This document shows positions 8,839 through 21,990 of a stretch of 64,000 nucleotides of DNA, piece after piece. The translations under genes were made by a program, and so were the position numbers. The notes below the pieces were generated by a model, which saw only the letters and a list, made by a program, of their open reading frames with translations, was not told where the DNA came from and made no database searches. Source of the stretch: Tricharina praecox (Eukaryota); NCBI RefSeq assembly GCF_024521635.1, contig NW_026250415.1, positions 248,001 through 312,000 on the forward strand, written 5' to 3'. How positions within the stretch are numbered: position 1 is the first letter of the stretch; each line of letters starts with the position of its first letter.

Positions 8839-11800
8839 ATGCCTAGCATCCCAAAGCTAGACGATGGCCGGATCTACCGGAACAGCATGCACTCCGAGTT
8901 TGTCGGAGGGGAGTTTCATGGCGGACAGACCTTCGTTTCTGATGGGTAAATTTCTCTCCAGCTTGCCATAAGCAATGAGGTTACGAATAGTAGTACTTGC
9001 TAACACGAGGCCGTCGGTAGATCGGAAAGTAAGTTGCTCTACTGCGGATTAGCGGCCTACAATTTTTGAAAACCCTCTGACACAGTAGTTTGATAAGGGT
9101 CCCGGCGGTCCGAGATCTTGGAATGGATATCGACGATTCCATACACCAGCCACCACAGGAGTATCAGTGATTGTCGTCTAGACGGCACTGGTACGTGGAT
9201 CTTCGACAAGGATGAGTATCGCACCTGGAGAGCATCGAACGTTTCTCTGCTGTTGTTGTTGCGAGGAATCCGTAAGAAATCACTCACTTACGGTCAGTTC
9301 TCGGCTTACCGGCTCGTCTAGCTGGAGTCGGCAAAACCTACATTGCCTTGACAGTCGTTGATTATTTCCTTCGAACCCCACTCCCGGGAAAGTCGCATAC
9401 TTCTATTGCAACCGAGCCGAGGCAAATCGCCGAAACCCAGAGAGCATCTTGAGCACACTTGTCCAGCAGCTTGCCCAAACAAACGAGTCTAGAGTGGACA
9501 ACCTACTACAACCGGTGGTAGATTTCTACCAAGAACGAGAACGGAAAGGGCAAAGGTCTTCGCGGCTAAGTCTTACAGAAAGCCAGGAGCTCCTCATTCA
9601 ACTCACGGACATATATCCGCAGACGACAATCTGCCTCGATGCCTTGGACGAAGTCGACCACCGAATCCGGATAAAACTACTGAAGTCACTGCAGTATGTC
9701 ATGGAAAAATCAAAGAAGGTCAAGATTTTTGCGACCACTCGAATGGATACCGATATCCTCTTGCAGCTTGAGAGTTTCCCCAGGATTGAGTTGCAACCGG
9801 ACGACAACGTCCTCGATATTCACCGATTCATACAAGCGCAAGTCCACGGTGCTATCAAAGAGAAGCAACTGCTTCACAGCATTGTCCTTGATCAGCTTAA
9901 AGACGAAATATGCAATGTCCTTGATAGGCGTTCGAAGGGAATACAAGTGACTATTTCAACCACCAAAGAGAATAGCAACTGATGGCTGAATGCAGGTTCC
10001 AACTAGCCGCTCTTCAGATTACGTTCCTCTGCGAGATGGGCACTCAAAGGGATGTACGATGTAGCCTGATGGCTCTTCCGGATACCCTGACGACAGCCTA
10101 TGACGAAATATACAAGCGTATTGAGACCCAGAAAGGCAGTGCACCCCAACTGGCAATCAACGCCTTTCGGTGGATCCAGTGTTCATACGAACCCTTACGA
10201 ACTGAAACCCTGCTCGATGCGATCACGGTCGAGCTTGACGGCTCAGGAGGGGTCCTCCACTATCCGGTGCAGGCGAATGACTTATTGAAAGCGTGTCAGG
10301 GCTTCATCATCTTGGACGAGCGACTGGATGTGTTCCGGTTCGCACATCTTTCAGTCGAAGAGTACTTGGAAACACAATTGGTAAAGTTCAATTCTCATGT
10401 CGAAATATTGAAAGTCTGTCTTTTACTGCTCTGCGCTTCGTCATGGGGAGAATACGACGAAACCCTGGAAACTAGACAGGCGGATTACAATGCTCGCCAC
10501 CTATTGTTGTACTCGGTGGTGTTCTCGCCATGGCACTTCGCCCAGTGCGAAGACAAAGATAACTGTCAAGCTGTGACTGGCCTCTGGAATACATTCGTAT
10601 CGGGCAGTAACTACCAGCGATGGGCCAACTATCATCAGCGCTGTGTTCAGGTCGATAGGCATAGCCGTGACATATTTTGGTGCAGGACACACGCAGTGCG
10701 GCAAGCAGGCGACGACACTCTATCGTCAGTCTGTGTTTTTGGGTACAACGGAGGTTCCCTAACGTCTCCGAGTCCGCGCAGGAGGCTCTTCTACCCCGAT
10801 TACTTCTCTACGCGTCTAGTTTTGGAGATGTGGAAATAGTCCGGCTACTGCTAGACACGCGAGCCGCCGCCGGCGTGCGAAACCCGTATGGGCTGCTCCT
10901 CGAGGCACAAGAGGGAGGGGAGACGCCACTGCACCTGGCCTCAGAGGGTGGGCATGCGGTGGTAGTCCAGTTGCTGGTAGACCGTGGAGCCGATGTCGCA
11001 GCCACCGTTGGCACTCATGAATGAACGCCGCTGCACCTGGCCTCGTGGCAAGGACACGAGACAATCGCCAAGCTGCTGCTAGACCGCGGAGCCGACATTT
11101 CGGCCACCGACAAGAAACAGGAGACACCACTGCACCTTGCCTCGAAGCGAGGACACCAGGCGATAGCTCGACTACTGGTGGACCAGGGAGCCGACGTATC
11201 GGCTGCCAATTTGGACAGAGAGTCGTCGCTGAATCTAGCCTCTGAGGGAGGGTACGAGGCGGTGGCCAGGCTGCTTCTCGACCGGGGGGCCGACGTCTTA
11301 GGCGCCGGCGGCATTTACGGACACCGCCACATCTAGCTGTGAAGGGAGGGCGCACGAAGACTTTCCGGTCGATCCGCGACGATTATAAGTCGTTGCCGCT
11401 TCTAGACTGGGAGGGGCCGAGCGCGGCGGTGGCCCGACTGCTTAGCGCTCGGGAAGCCGATGTTTCGGCTGCCGGTGGTGGTTACGGGCGAACGCCGTTG
11501 CACCAGGCCTTGATGGGAGCTTCGGACGCGTTGGCCCCGCTGTTGGACGCCTCAGTAATCGAAGTCTCGGTCCCCCGGCGTAATTACCAGCGGATGCCGC
11601 TGCAGTACGAGACGGTGGTCGGACTGCTCAACGACAGGGGAATCGACGTCTCAGCCACAGACGATCTTGATGGACTGGCACAGCTACAGCAGGTGTTGGG
11701 GGGAGGGCATGAGGCTGTCGCCTGCCTTTTCCTCGATCGGGGAGCCGACATTTCGGCCACCGACATGAGCGCCGAGACGCCGCTACATCTGGCAGCGAGG

Positions 11801-12646
11801 GGTGGGCTCGAGTCATTTACCCAGTTCCTCATCAATCAGGGTGCCAATACACCGGCCGTCAACATAGATGGAGCGACACCGCTGCACGTGGCGTCGTGGG
11901 AAGGACACGAGTCAGCAACACGGCTGCTTGTAGATCTTGGAGCCGATTTAGCGGCTACCGACAAGCAAAGGCAGACACCGCTCCACCTAGCCTCGATTGG
12001 AGGGTTCACGGCAGTGGTCCGGTTGCTTGTCGACCTTGGAGCCGACGTCTCGGCGACGGACAAGAGGGGGCATACGCCACGGCACCTGGCATCGGGACGT
12101 GGGCATGATTCGGTCGTCCAGCTTCTCGTCGGCTATGGAGGCAACATATCGGCCACTACTATCACAGGGATGTCGCCGCTGCACCTTGCCTCGGTGAGAG
12201 GACACGAGGCTGTGGCGCGGCTACTAGTTAACCTGGGGGCCAAAAAATCAGCCCCTAACAGGTACGGGGAGTCGCCTCTGCACCTGGCCTCATCTCGCGG
12301 ATGTCTTGCAGTAGCCCAGCTGCTCGTAGATGCGGGAGCAGACGTCTCGGCCACTGACGAGATTTCGGTGACGCCGCTGCACCTGGCGTCATCTCGAGGA
12401 CATCTTGCAGTAGCCCAGCTGCTCTTGGATTCTGGAGCTGACGTCTCGGCGGCCGACAAGGAACGGCGGACGCCGCTACATCTGGCCTCGGCGAGAGGAC
12501 ACAGGGTGGTGGTGCAGCTGCTCCTCAACCGGGGAGCCGATGCCTTGGCAGCCGACAAGTTAGGTCGGGCGCCCACATATCGGGATGGAGATCGTTGTCA
12601 ATCTTTGTTTGGTGGTGGCAGTTTCCCGCATAGTAGGGATGCTTAA
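8839..12646 (+). pseudogene. Fungal NLR-like gene: short N-terminus, NACHT-type NTPase, winged helix and ~15 ankyrin repeats; disrupted
   Basis: ILEWIS..Y..HH...RLDGTGTW; Walker A LRGIPGVGKT across intron 9272-9321; Walker B ICLDALDE; RFAHLSVEEYL; TPLHLA repeats with 99-bp period. Lesions: frameshift ~9390, apparent dead donor ~9943 (AT|ACAAGT), frameshift ~10745, TGA ~11022, frameshift ~11315-11340. Start is inferred. Confidence 0.85.
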
Positions 12647-13265
12647 ACAGGCTGCCAGGGTTTTTTCTTAAAAACCACGGGTCTAAAAAGAATGACCAAT
12701 AAGAATGCCCAGCTCTGGAATTTAACTTTGAGGGCTCCGGGCTGGGAGCTGGGCTGGATACTGGAGTAGCGGGGCTGGATACTGGAATAGCTTCCTGAAT
12801 CCAAACTGGTGGGGCCCTTTCTACACCAACCACTCCTCGTGCCCGGTGACTAGAGTCAAATCCTCTCGGTGACCAGAGTCATGTCTTGAGTCTGTGACTG
12901 GACTGGACTGTATCTTGGCAGTCCGTCTGGGAGCAGTGCGCTGACGGACTAGTCCAAAACCATTCGACGACAGGACGGACTGCGGTCCGATACCAAGACT
13001 TAAAGAAACCATTTTTCTTCTAGGCAAAATTACGCCAAATTAAGGCTTGATGGCAGAAGAGAACATAATGAATTTTAAGTGATACGGAAGATTGAGCACC
13101 CAAAGGTGGTTTTTATTCGGTCTTAAGTGCAACCACCAAGTGCACATCGGACTGCAGTCGACTGCAGTCCGCATCTAGTCTACGGAATCCATGGACCGGA
13201 CTGACTACTTTTACGCAGTCCGTCCAGTCCAGACTGCAGTACAAACCGGACTATGTCGAACACTA
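12634..13265. mobile_element. Degenerate non-autonomous DNA-transposon (hAT/MITE-like) remnants
   Basis: TAGGGATG start followed by GGGCTGG repeats; GGACTG/CAGTCC subterminal repeats in inverted arms (~12890-12990 vs ~13148-13252); end ...CGAACACTA. No TSD identified. Confidence 0.4.
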
Positions 13266-15313
13266 AGCTCGAGAGTTGCCCCTCAAGTGTCAAAACCGCC
13301 ACCACTAATGTTGTACGTTGAAAGCGCACTCTGTCAAATATAATGGGAAAAAAGCTTACCGAAGACACGTCACCACGGGAGCGGCCACTACGTTGCTTGC
13401 CTCGTTCCGGATTGCTTCATGTTGCACGTGACTCACTTCAGCAAGATGAAAACGTACAGGCCTCGCAATAGATGTCCAACCGTCCGAGTAGGGTCCGGAC
13501 GTCTTTCAGGACCGTCCAGTAACAGAAGTCATGCCACAGGAATCTCGGACTGGTGACCGTGGTGGTAGTAGGCCAGTGACGATACTCGCGCACCCACTGT
13601 CCGTATAACTTCTGTCACCACCGAGATCCAGGAGAACCTCCACAACCTCCGTTCGTTCTGTTTGAACCAGTGCTGATTCTTCGGCAGCATACTCCGTAAT
13701 TACATCAACACCGGCCGACGGCGTCAAGCAGCCACTGAATTATTTCAGGCTAACTGTTCAGTATTGCAAAGAACGGCCAGTTCGCACCGCGTGCGCTCAA
13801 CAGTGATTGCTTCAGGAGTGGCTACAATTTGTGCCGAATGCCCTTAATGTTTGAGAAATTGATGAAGTTGAAACTTGATACCCGACTGGAGCAGGAGCTC
13901 AACGAATGGAAAATATCCCCCCGCCAACCGTAAATTGTGAAACGGTGCATCCGCCTTTCCGTTATTAATATGTTGATTTTTGCACCGCACTGATCAGCTC
14001 CTCCTCCAAAATTTCGAGATAGGAAGCTCTCAAATAGAAGCGTGCTACTCCTCCTCTAGCAATGGAATTGATGGGGCTACCCATTTCGAGATGAAGCCCG
14101 ACGGACCGAACATATCCCCCAGTGGCTACGGGGTTCGGGGTGCACAACGGCACGCCTGCCCCTCCCCCATTTTCCAGTATTAGAGAAGAGTACAGCCATT
14201 GTCAATCAGTTCCTCCAGAATGTCGGGATAGGCAACTCCCAAGTGCAGATTCAATATATCCTGGCGACATGACTGGGCACTTATAGACGCTGTCCAACTA
14301 GCCGTCATTCGTATTTTGAAAAATTGTAATGTACAACGCCGTACCAGAGAGAGAAAAGAGAGAGGGGGGAGATGTGGTAGGTGTATGCTCTGGACCGGAA
14401 GACATGGAAGATCGTTCCGAGAGGAAGGTATTCGTGAATTGTATGCCACGTCAGCGACGGCTCTGAACTAGAGCGCGGTGCAGTGAAAAATCCTTGACGG
14501 CGCGGTTCGGCGGAGGTTGGGTGACCGCTGGGCAGTGGGCGAGGGACTGACTCAACGGTCATGGGATAGATACTTACTTAGGTACTTATTCACGAGTATT
14601 GCATCCGACCAATTTGCCGATAGATCATGGTAAGTATCCCGGCGTGTCCGGCAGATGTGAATCTGTTGCAGTACATGAGGTTGACGCAATCCAGATCAGA
14701 GCTGATAGGTTAGCAGCGCGTGATATCAAAAGCATTCGAGTGGACTTGAAAAAACGCTTCCCAAAGCAACCTGTATCGGTACGCAAAGTCCCTTACAATA
14801 GGTCATCGAGCATTAATTCCACACACCCCTCTGATGGCGCATGCAGCAGCTTGACTGTTTTCGAAGTTGATTCTGCTGTGGCCCGTTCACATTGCAGCAC
14901 TCGCCCTCGTCCACATAACCACCGCGGTCTCTTCAGTAATCCCGCTGAAAGCACTGGAGTAATGAGCGTTGATTTTATGTTGACTCTATATCTAGCGTGC
15001 GGACCTACTGGAGGATGCCTGTGGAGGCCCAGCTCACTGTATCCCCGTTGTTCTCCAGCTGATGCCCCGTGACTGTGCCGCCCATGCATTTTACCCACAT
15101 GGTTGCGCACGACTGGTTCTGTGTCAAACGTCGGGCTTTCCCGATGGTTTATCGTCCGATGCATCTTCCATAATACTCCGTCAAGGACCCGTTGATGAGG
15201 ATTACTATCCTCCAGCGAGAAATCAACCACACCCGAGTAAAACAATGCATTCCCCTCTGAGTGTATCCAAAAGCAAACCCGCACCCAACTCCACTCCCCC
15301 GCTCGTCGTCAGC

Positions 15314-18300
15314 TCAAATCAACCCTTCCATCAGCTCATCAATCCTAATCCCCTTTCTAACCGCATTACTAAACCCCTCATTATACGTAACCCAAGTATC
15401 ACTCTTTCCCTCGGTGAGCACCACCCTCCGCTTCTTCCTCGGATTATCCCCGGCGACCTCCAACCCGACCGGCAACTCCGAGATCACACGACCAAAGAAG
15501 TCGCGTTTTACTTTAGCCGCGGGCTTCAAGCCGATCTGCTGCTGTTGTGGTGGAGGTTGTGGCAGAACCTCACCGAGCACTTCACCACGCCGCGCTTCCG
15601 CCGCAAGTTTATCTTTCAGCGCCTGCAGCTTCCGCCACTCCTGATCGAGGACCTGGCGTACAGCGTAGCGCACGGGCTCAACACTGGGAGCTTTGAAGGT
15701 GGGGTATATGCCGAGGGCGTCGATCGGCGGGTCCATACGGAATGCCCAGCCCGAGCCCGTGGCGATTCCCTCCACCCGGACTTTTTCGAACTTGACGCCG
15801 AGGGCGTCCATAGCGTCGACGGCGCGCGCGACCATGCGCTTCTCCGTGTCCCGCCGGACACTGGCAATCGCGTACCCCGACCCGCTGACCATGACGGGGT
15901 TTACGTGCGGCGACATCATGCGGTTTGCGAGCGGCGAGAGCTCCATGGCGATTATGCTAGGGCTATTGAACAACATGGAGAGGCGGGGGGATTTTATCGA
16001 GCTGTGAATGGAGGCAATTATGGAAGTGTTTTCTTTCTTGGCTTCGTAGGCTTCCCAGTCTGCGCTAGGGCCGGTGAAGAGTGCCACTTCTTCGGTTGGG
16101 TCGAAGTTGTCGGGGCGCGAGGAACTGCTGCTGGTGGAAGAGGCGAAGAGGCGGTGGAATGCGAGGATCGGGTAGGTTAGGTATGATGCGGACGAGACCT
16201 CGCTGCTCACTCGGTTAGAGAGCAGGTCGGCGAACCAAAGCCACTCGTAGGCGGCGTTAGGTTTGGTGAGACAGGAGTCGTCATTGAAGTTTTTGGTCGG
16301 ATATGTTGCAAAGCACTCTATGAAGATTTCAGTAACTGCATCGGCAAAGACGGCATTGAAATCTTACCCGTTGTAAGCTTATCGAACTCCCCTAGTCCCT
16401 CGACGAGCTCCTGCAGCTTCTGCGTCGACGACTTCTTGACCGCTTTGACCGCACCTCTCCGCTGCGGTGGCTCCTTCTGTATGTGAAAGACCGACTCCAA
16501 CGCATCACGCATAGCCATTCTCCCACCACCGGCACCCTTTCCATCGGAATCACCTATCCTCGATCCCATGAGCTCCAGCTCGACCGCACTCCGCGTCAAC
16601 ACCTGTCGCTTCCGGCCGCCCGTAGACTTCAGCCTCGCAGCAATCCACTGGCCATTGACCAGAGCACCTCTCATATCGCCCTTCCTCGACGAGACGGAAC
16701 CCGAGAGCTCAACGATCTTCCTCACCGCACCATCCTCCGTCGCATACCCCTCCTTCTCAAATATCCACTCCAGCCTCTCCACCAGCAATCCCACAGGCGG
16801 CACACGCATCTGCACCACCTCAACGAACTGCCGCAGTGGTTTCAACGCGGGCGCGTACAGGTCGTTACACACCGCGATAATCGGCCTCAACAGCCGAAAC
16901 CCATCCTCCTCACCATTCCTCCTACGCCTCTTCTTCTTCGTCCCGGAATTCCGCTCCTCCGTCGCCTCGCGATCCGCTACTATCAAATCGATGAGGGCCT
17001 TGATGAAGCCGGCCTCGGAGCCACTGCCGCCACCACCTCCAGTAACACCATCGATCTCATCGATGACCAAACACACCGGCCGTCCGGCGATCTGCTTTTT
17101 CTTCCCACTAGTCAGGCCACACGACTTGACGCCCTCGATCGTGAGCATATTCCTGATCTTCCCCTTGACCACGCCGCCGGTGCGATCGTCGGACGCGTTG
17201 ATTTCCAAGGGCTCATATCCCGCCTGACGGGCGGCAACATGCGCGAGCGTCGTCTTCCCCAGTCCCGGCGGCCCATGCAGCAGGAGGATTTTCCGGTGCT
17301 CCAGCGGCTCCTCGTCGGCCTCGCCGGATGCGGCGGGGACTTTCCGCTTCAGCCGCTGCTGCGATGGGAACACGAGCTTGTCCCAGCCCTTGAGCCACCG
17401 CAGCACGTCGCGGTGCGTCCGCTCGTCGCCCACCAGGTCCGTAAACTTCTTGGCGCGGTACTTTTCGGTCCAGAGGAGGCGCTTCTTGTGCGAAGCCGCG
17501 GGGATAGTGGGTTCTTCGATTGTGGCGGCGGCGGTGGGCAAGGTGGCGGCGGCGATCGCCTTTGATGCCGCCAGGTCGTCGAGAAGACTGTGGATGTCTA
17601 TGCCGTAGTACTTCGGGGTAGCGCCTGTAGTGGTAGTGGTAGTCTTCGTCGCAGTGACCGTCGGTGCAGGTGCAGTCTCGGCGAACACCCGTTCCCGCCG
17701 CAGGACCGTGAATGTCTCGCCGGAGGAGGTGACGATGGTAACTTTTTCGCCCTCGGGTAGTTCAGCGCGTGGTGTTGGTGTTGGTGTCGGTTCCTGCTCC
17801 TGCTCCCTCTCCTGCTCGATCTGCGAAATCAAGCTCAGCGTCGCCAGCCGCTGGTCTTCCTCGTGCAGTATTGGCGGCGGTAACGGCGACTCCCCGCGCA
17901 TCTGCGCAATCATGTCCACCAGCGGCGACCTATCCTCCTCCTCCTCCTCAACCACCGGCTTCTTAACGCCACCAAACAGCCCCCCCTTCAGCGGCGCCGA
18001 GAAGTTGGGCACAAACCTCTTCGTCTGCTTCGGTTTCGGTCTCGGAGTGATCTCCGCACTGTCCTCCATATCTTCCGGCGGTGGCGGCGAACTAGCGAAG
18101 GCCCTTCCCTTCGGCGTCGGCGAGTCGGGCGGAAGACTGCTGCTCCTGAACACGGGGGTTTTGTCGTGCAAACGGTGCTGTATCACTACTCCCTTGCGCG
18201 TGAGTTCCGCAACACGTTCCTGGGCGACGGTGCGGAGGGCTTCGAGGTCGTCGGTGAAATCGGGGAGGGGCTGTGAAGACGGTGGCGCTGCGTCGGACTG

Positions 18301-18342
18301 GAGGAGGAGGCTGTAGTCGAAGTCGGAGGGGATTTCGTCCAT
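15314..18342 (-). CDS. CTF18: Chromosome transmission fidelity protein 18 (alternative RFC clamp-loader subunit)
   Basis: LWTEKYRAKKFTDL, LLLHGPPGLGKTTLAHVAARQAGY, EINASDDR, LVIDEIDG, RPIIAVCNDLY, KRDFFGR, WVTYNEGFSNAVRK. Intron 16318-16367 joins the two ORFs in frame. Confidence 0.95.
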
Positions 18343-18684
18343 TGGATTGGGATTGTGGTACGTGTTTACGTGGGTAAAATCTGCAGTTACGGGGGAATTT
18401 TAAGGACCAAAATCAAGCGCGTTTGTGTGCAGGGTGAACGCGCCGGTGGGCACGTGATATAATGAGATAGCGAGTGAGATGATATGAACATGGATACCAT
18501 AAGTCTGCATGCACAAAAAAGGGAGAAATGCATTTCAACGCCTTAACCCACCACCAACCATCCGCACATCCAAGCCAATCCGACATCCGACATTCAACGA
18601 GAGAGATATAGAAAGCGCAAATCAAAGAGACAGCCAAGCAATAAATGTACAAATCATCCCATTCTCCCTGCCATTGCAACTTAT

Positions 18685-21273
18685 TCAATCACCACCAACA
18701 CTTTCATCCACCTTCCTCAAAAAACTACTGACACGTGCTGTATCGACCTCGCCCGGATCGCTCTCGACAGCTTGAACGAGACCTTCCAGCAGCGAGTCGA
18801 CCCTTTCTTCGTCCACGTTGGTACACAGCGCCACAACCCGTCTAAACTTTTCCTCCAGGTCCGTCGACCTATCGTGGAGTCTAGCCGCCTTCTCGCGCAA
18901 CGCATCTTCGTTTGCATGGTACGCCCTGAGTCGTGCCTTCAACACGGGCGCCGATGGGAGCCCTTTGACGTACTCCAGCTGCTGAGCGGTGAGGTTGGAG
19001 ATGTTATTAACCGGAGCTAGCAGCGATTTCTTGAGTTGGAACGGCGCATCGGCAGTTTCTCCTTCGGGCTGGCTTCCATTAGTGGTAGGAAACTGCGCGG
19101 CGAAGCGAGCGTTTTCTTCCTCGATCGCACGCCGCAGGTTTTTACAGTGCTGCCGTAGCTCGGCGTGCTCGCGTGAGCGTTGCCGGATCTGGTCCATGTT
19201 CTCTCGCTCCTTGCCGAGTTTGAGCGTCACCTCGCGAAGTTGGTTTAGTGTCGTCGATACCTGCTCCTGCTTACCCTCGATCTCAATTTGGAAATCCTTC
19301 TCGATCCCAGCGATAACCTCTTTCATAGCTAAAAGAAGTCAGTCGGCACTGTGTCAAAGGAGCAGTAGGCTTACACTTCACGATATCCTCCCTCTTCTGC
19401 ACCACCGCTGGGGGCACAGTCCAAGTCTGCTCTCTGCCGCGGGGAACTGGCGCCGGCTCCCCGCCGATACCAAAGTCGACTGGTCTCAACCCCGCGCGGT
19501 TTGGAATACTCGAGTCCGCACCTACCTCCAACAACGGGTTGACAATACTCTTGTTTCCTATACGAGCAGCAATGTTCAACGCCGTGTCCCCGCTCTTGTC
19601 CTGCGCGTTGACGATATCCGTGATGAAGCGGCCCAGGTTCATGACCTTGGGGCCGGGCCCACGCTGCGCAGACGACGAGGACGCACCATGCTTGGCGATG
19701 AACTCGAGCAGGCAATGCAGGTAGTAGCGTCCGTCTGCACTGCGACCCTTCATCCCGGACTTCAGCGCGATGTGATGCAGTATCGTCCGACCGTTGTTGT
19801 CCGCGATGGAAATGGTGGGGTGGAGCAGGTTCAATAGCTGCGGGAACGAGGATTGGTCAAAGTTGTTGGTGCAGAAGCAGCCGCGAACCAACGCCGTCTC
19901 GCCAGCCTCGTTGACGCGGTATATGGAAGCCCCGCGTGCAATTAGTGCTCGGATGAGGTTGACCCTCGCCAGCGAAGCTGCCCAATGAATTGCAGCACTA
20001 CCCATGTTGTCTAACGGCACATCGACCTGCTCTCGGGTCAATCCTTCCAGATGTGCGATCGCCTCGCTTTCCGAGTGCACAAACACATCCATGAGCGTTT
20101 GCCTCGCCTGGTCGGCATTAGGGATGAGGTCGGGATTGAGCGGCGGCAATGGAGCATCGAGCTGCGGCTGGAACAGATCTACGGGGATGTCACTGTTGGT
20201 CGGAGTGCTAGCACGCACGCGCTTCCGGGGCGGCTCGTGGATTTCGGGCTTGTATTCGGCAACCATGATATTCTGCGACGCATACGCGGAGTCGGGGTAA
20301 TTCTGCGACTGCGACTGGCCGAAACTCAGTTCCGAGGCGATACTGGCGGGCGGCGGTGGCCATCCCTGCTGGCTGTGCACCTCGTTCCGCATCGGCCCGC
20401 CCTGCGCTGTCGGCGGCATCGGTGCGATTCCCTGCGGACGAGGGCCAGGCGATTCGTGGCGCGCGCTGGCCTTCCCCAGCGCTGTAAAGGCGTTCGTCAC
20501 AGTCGATGAGATGGGTGCGAATATCGGACTGGCTCCGCCGTTAGCATGGTTGAGACTAGAGTTGTACATCCGCTTTCGTTTCGCCGCCATCGCCTGCTCC
20601 TTGGTCGGAGTAGAATCGTGCCCCGCTGCCGACGTCGTATCCAAATCCAGTAGCGGCGAGAGAAGATCCTCAACACCATAGGCTCTACAAAAGTCACGTC
20701 CGCGCTGGAAGTCGATCCTGCCCATCGCGGTGAGTTAGCGAGTGACGTAGCGTGCACCACCAGTCACAGCCCCGACTAACCATGTACCCTGGTACTTCCC
20801 GTACCCGCCCTGAACCTTCTCATGCTTTCCGGACAGTATCTCCTTCTCCAAGACCTTCGTGCGCTTTCCCTTCTCGACACCAGCAACCTTAAGGATTTGT
20901 GTCGCATTCAGCCACGAGTCGTCTCGCCGTCGCATCACCGCCACGTTGTTGACCATCATCTCGTAAACGGGGACGCCCGAGTAGATCGCCTGCACCACAA
21001 AAACCCACACATCGGTAAGTAATAGTCAACCCCCTTACTGTCGGAGACAGTATAGATTAGTGTAGCGTGCTGGAAGCCACTCACGGTATATATCGTCGGC
21101 GGGCCATTGCGGGGGTCGAGCTGCGAGGACTGAGGCGGAGGCGGCGTACCGGCAGGAGTCGAGTTGGCGGTCTGGGAAAAAGAGTTTCCGCCGTGGAACG
21201 AGGTAGCGGTGAGCGACGACGAGCTGCTACGAACGAAGTTCGGTGGTGGTGGTGGTATAGCCGAGGACGCCAT
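18685..21273 (-). CDS. swi6: APSES/KilA-N plus ankyrin cell-cycle transcription factor (Swi6/Cdc10/Res-type MBF/SBF subunit)
   Basis: [20 protein letters not shown]...[15 protein letters not shown], ankyrin AAIHWAA and [13 protein letters not shown]-terminal coiled coil. Introns 20990-21084, 20718-20780, 19329-19374. The paralogue assignment is less certain than the family. Confidence 0.88.
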
Positions 21274-21990
21274 CTCTCTCTCTCTCTCTATCGTGGGGGG
21301 GTGGTTTCTTTGGTGATGGATTGTTGGGGTGGAGAAGCAGAAGAGGAGCGTTGCGTGCGTGTGGTGCGTGTTGGAACTTAGCGCGACGTACGCAAAAGGA
21401 CGGACGACGTGCGGTGCTAGGTTAGAGGGAGGTAGGGGAAGGAACGGGTTTGAGGTGACTCCTTGCTCGCTCGCCCGCCTCGGGAGAAGAAAAGCAACGA
21501 GTCAGGAACGACGCTCTCTCGCCGTGAATCCCTGCTTCGTACTTCCTGACGAGGCGCGTAAATGATACGGCGAGTCAGCAGGGAGGGAGGAGGAAGGAGG
21601 AACTAATAGCAGGCCAAGATTTCGACGGGCGAACACGGGAGAGTACGATCGCCCCGCTCTGCTATCCAGGGAGAAAAAAAAACGCGTAAACTCAAAGTGT
21701 GGAGATGTCTTCACGTTGATGCGTGCACCGCGTCTGCGAGAAGATGTGTACAGCAGGCGATGGATTGAGTGATCAATGATGGACGGTTTCGAATCTTTGG
21801 TCCGATATGGAAGAGATCTCAAATGGCTTTACGCGTCCAGATCGTGACAAGATTCAGGTGAAGAAAACCCGAAAATCTGGGCTGATGTCTTGGCATCTCG
21901 AACTTTCCGTAGCTGCAAACATAAACGCCTCGAAACGCAACGCAACGCCTCGAGAAAAAAATCCTCTACAACATCCACCACTTCACACCC

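Noticed and set aside
13370..13410. HHGSGHYVA resembling a USP His box
   Set aside because: An isolated short motif with no ORF or Cys box nearby.
15062..18316. Long plus-strand ORFs (372, 360 and 228 aa)
   Set aside because: Antisense shadows of GC-rich CTF18. The same applies to shadows over DUS3, SPO71, NMA111 and the GTT3-like gene.
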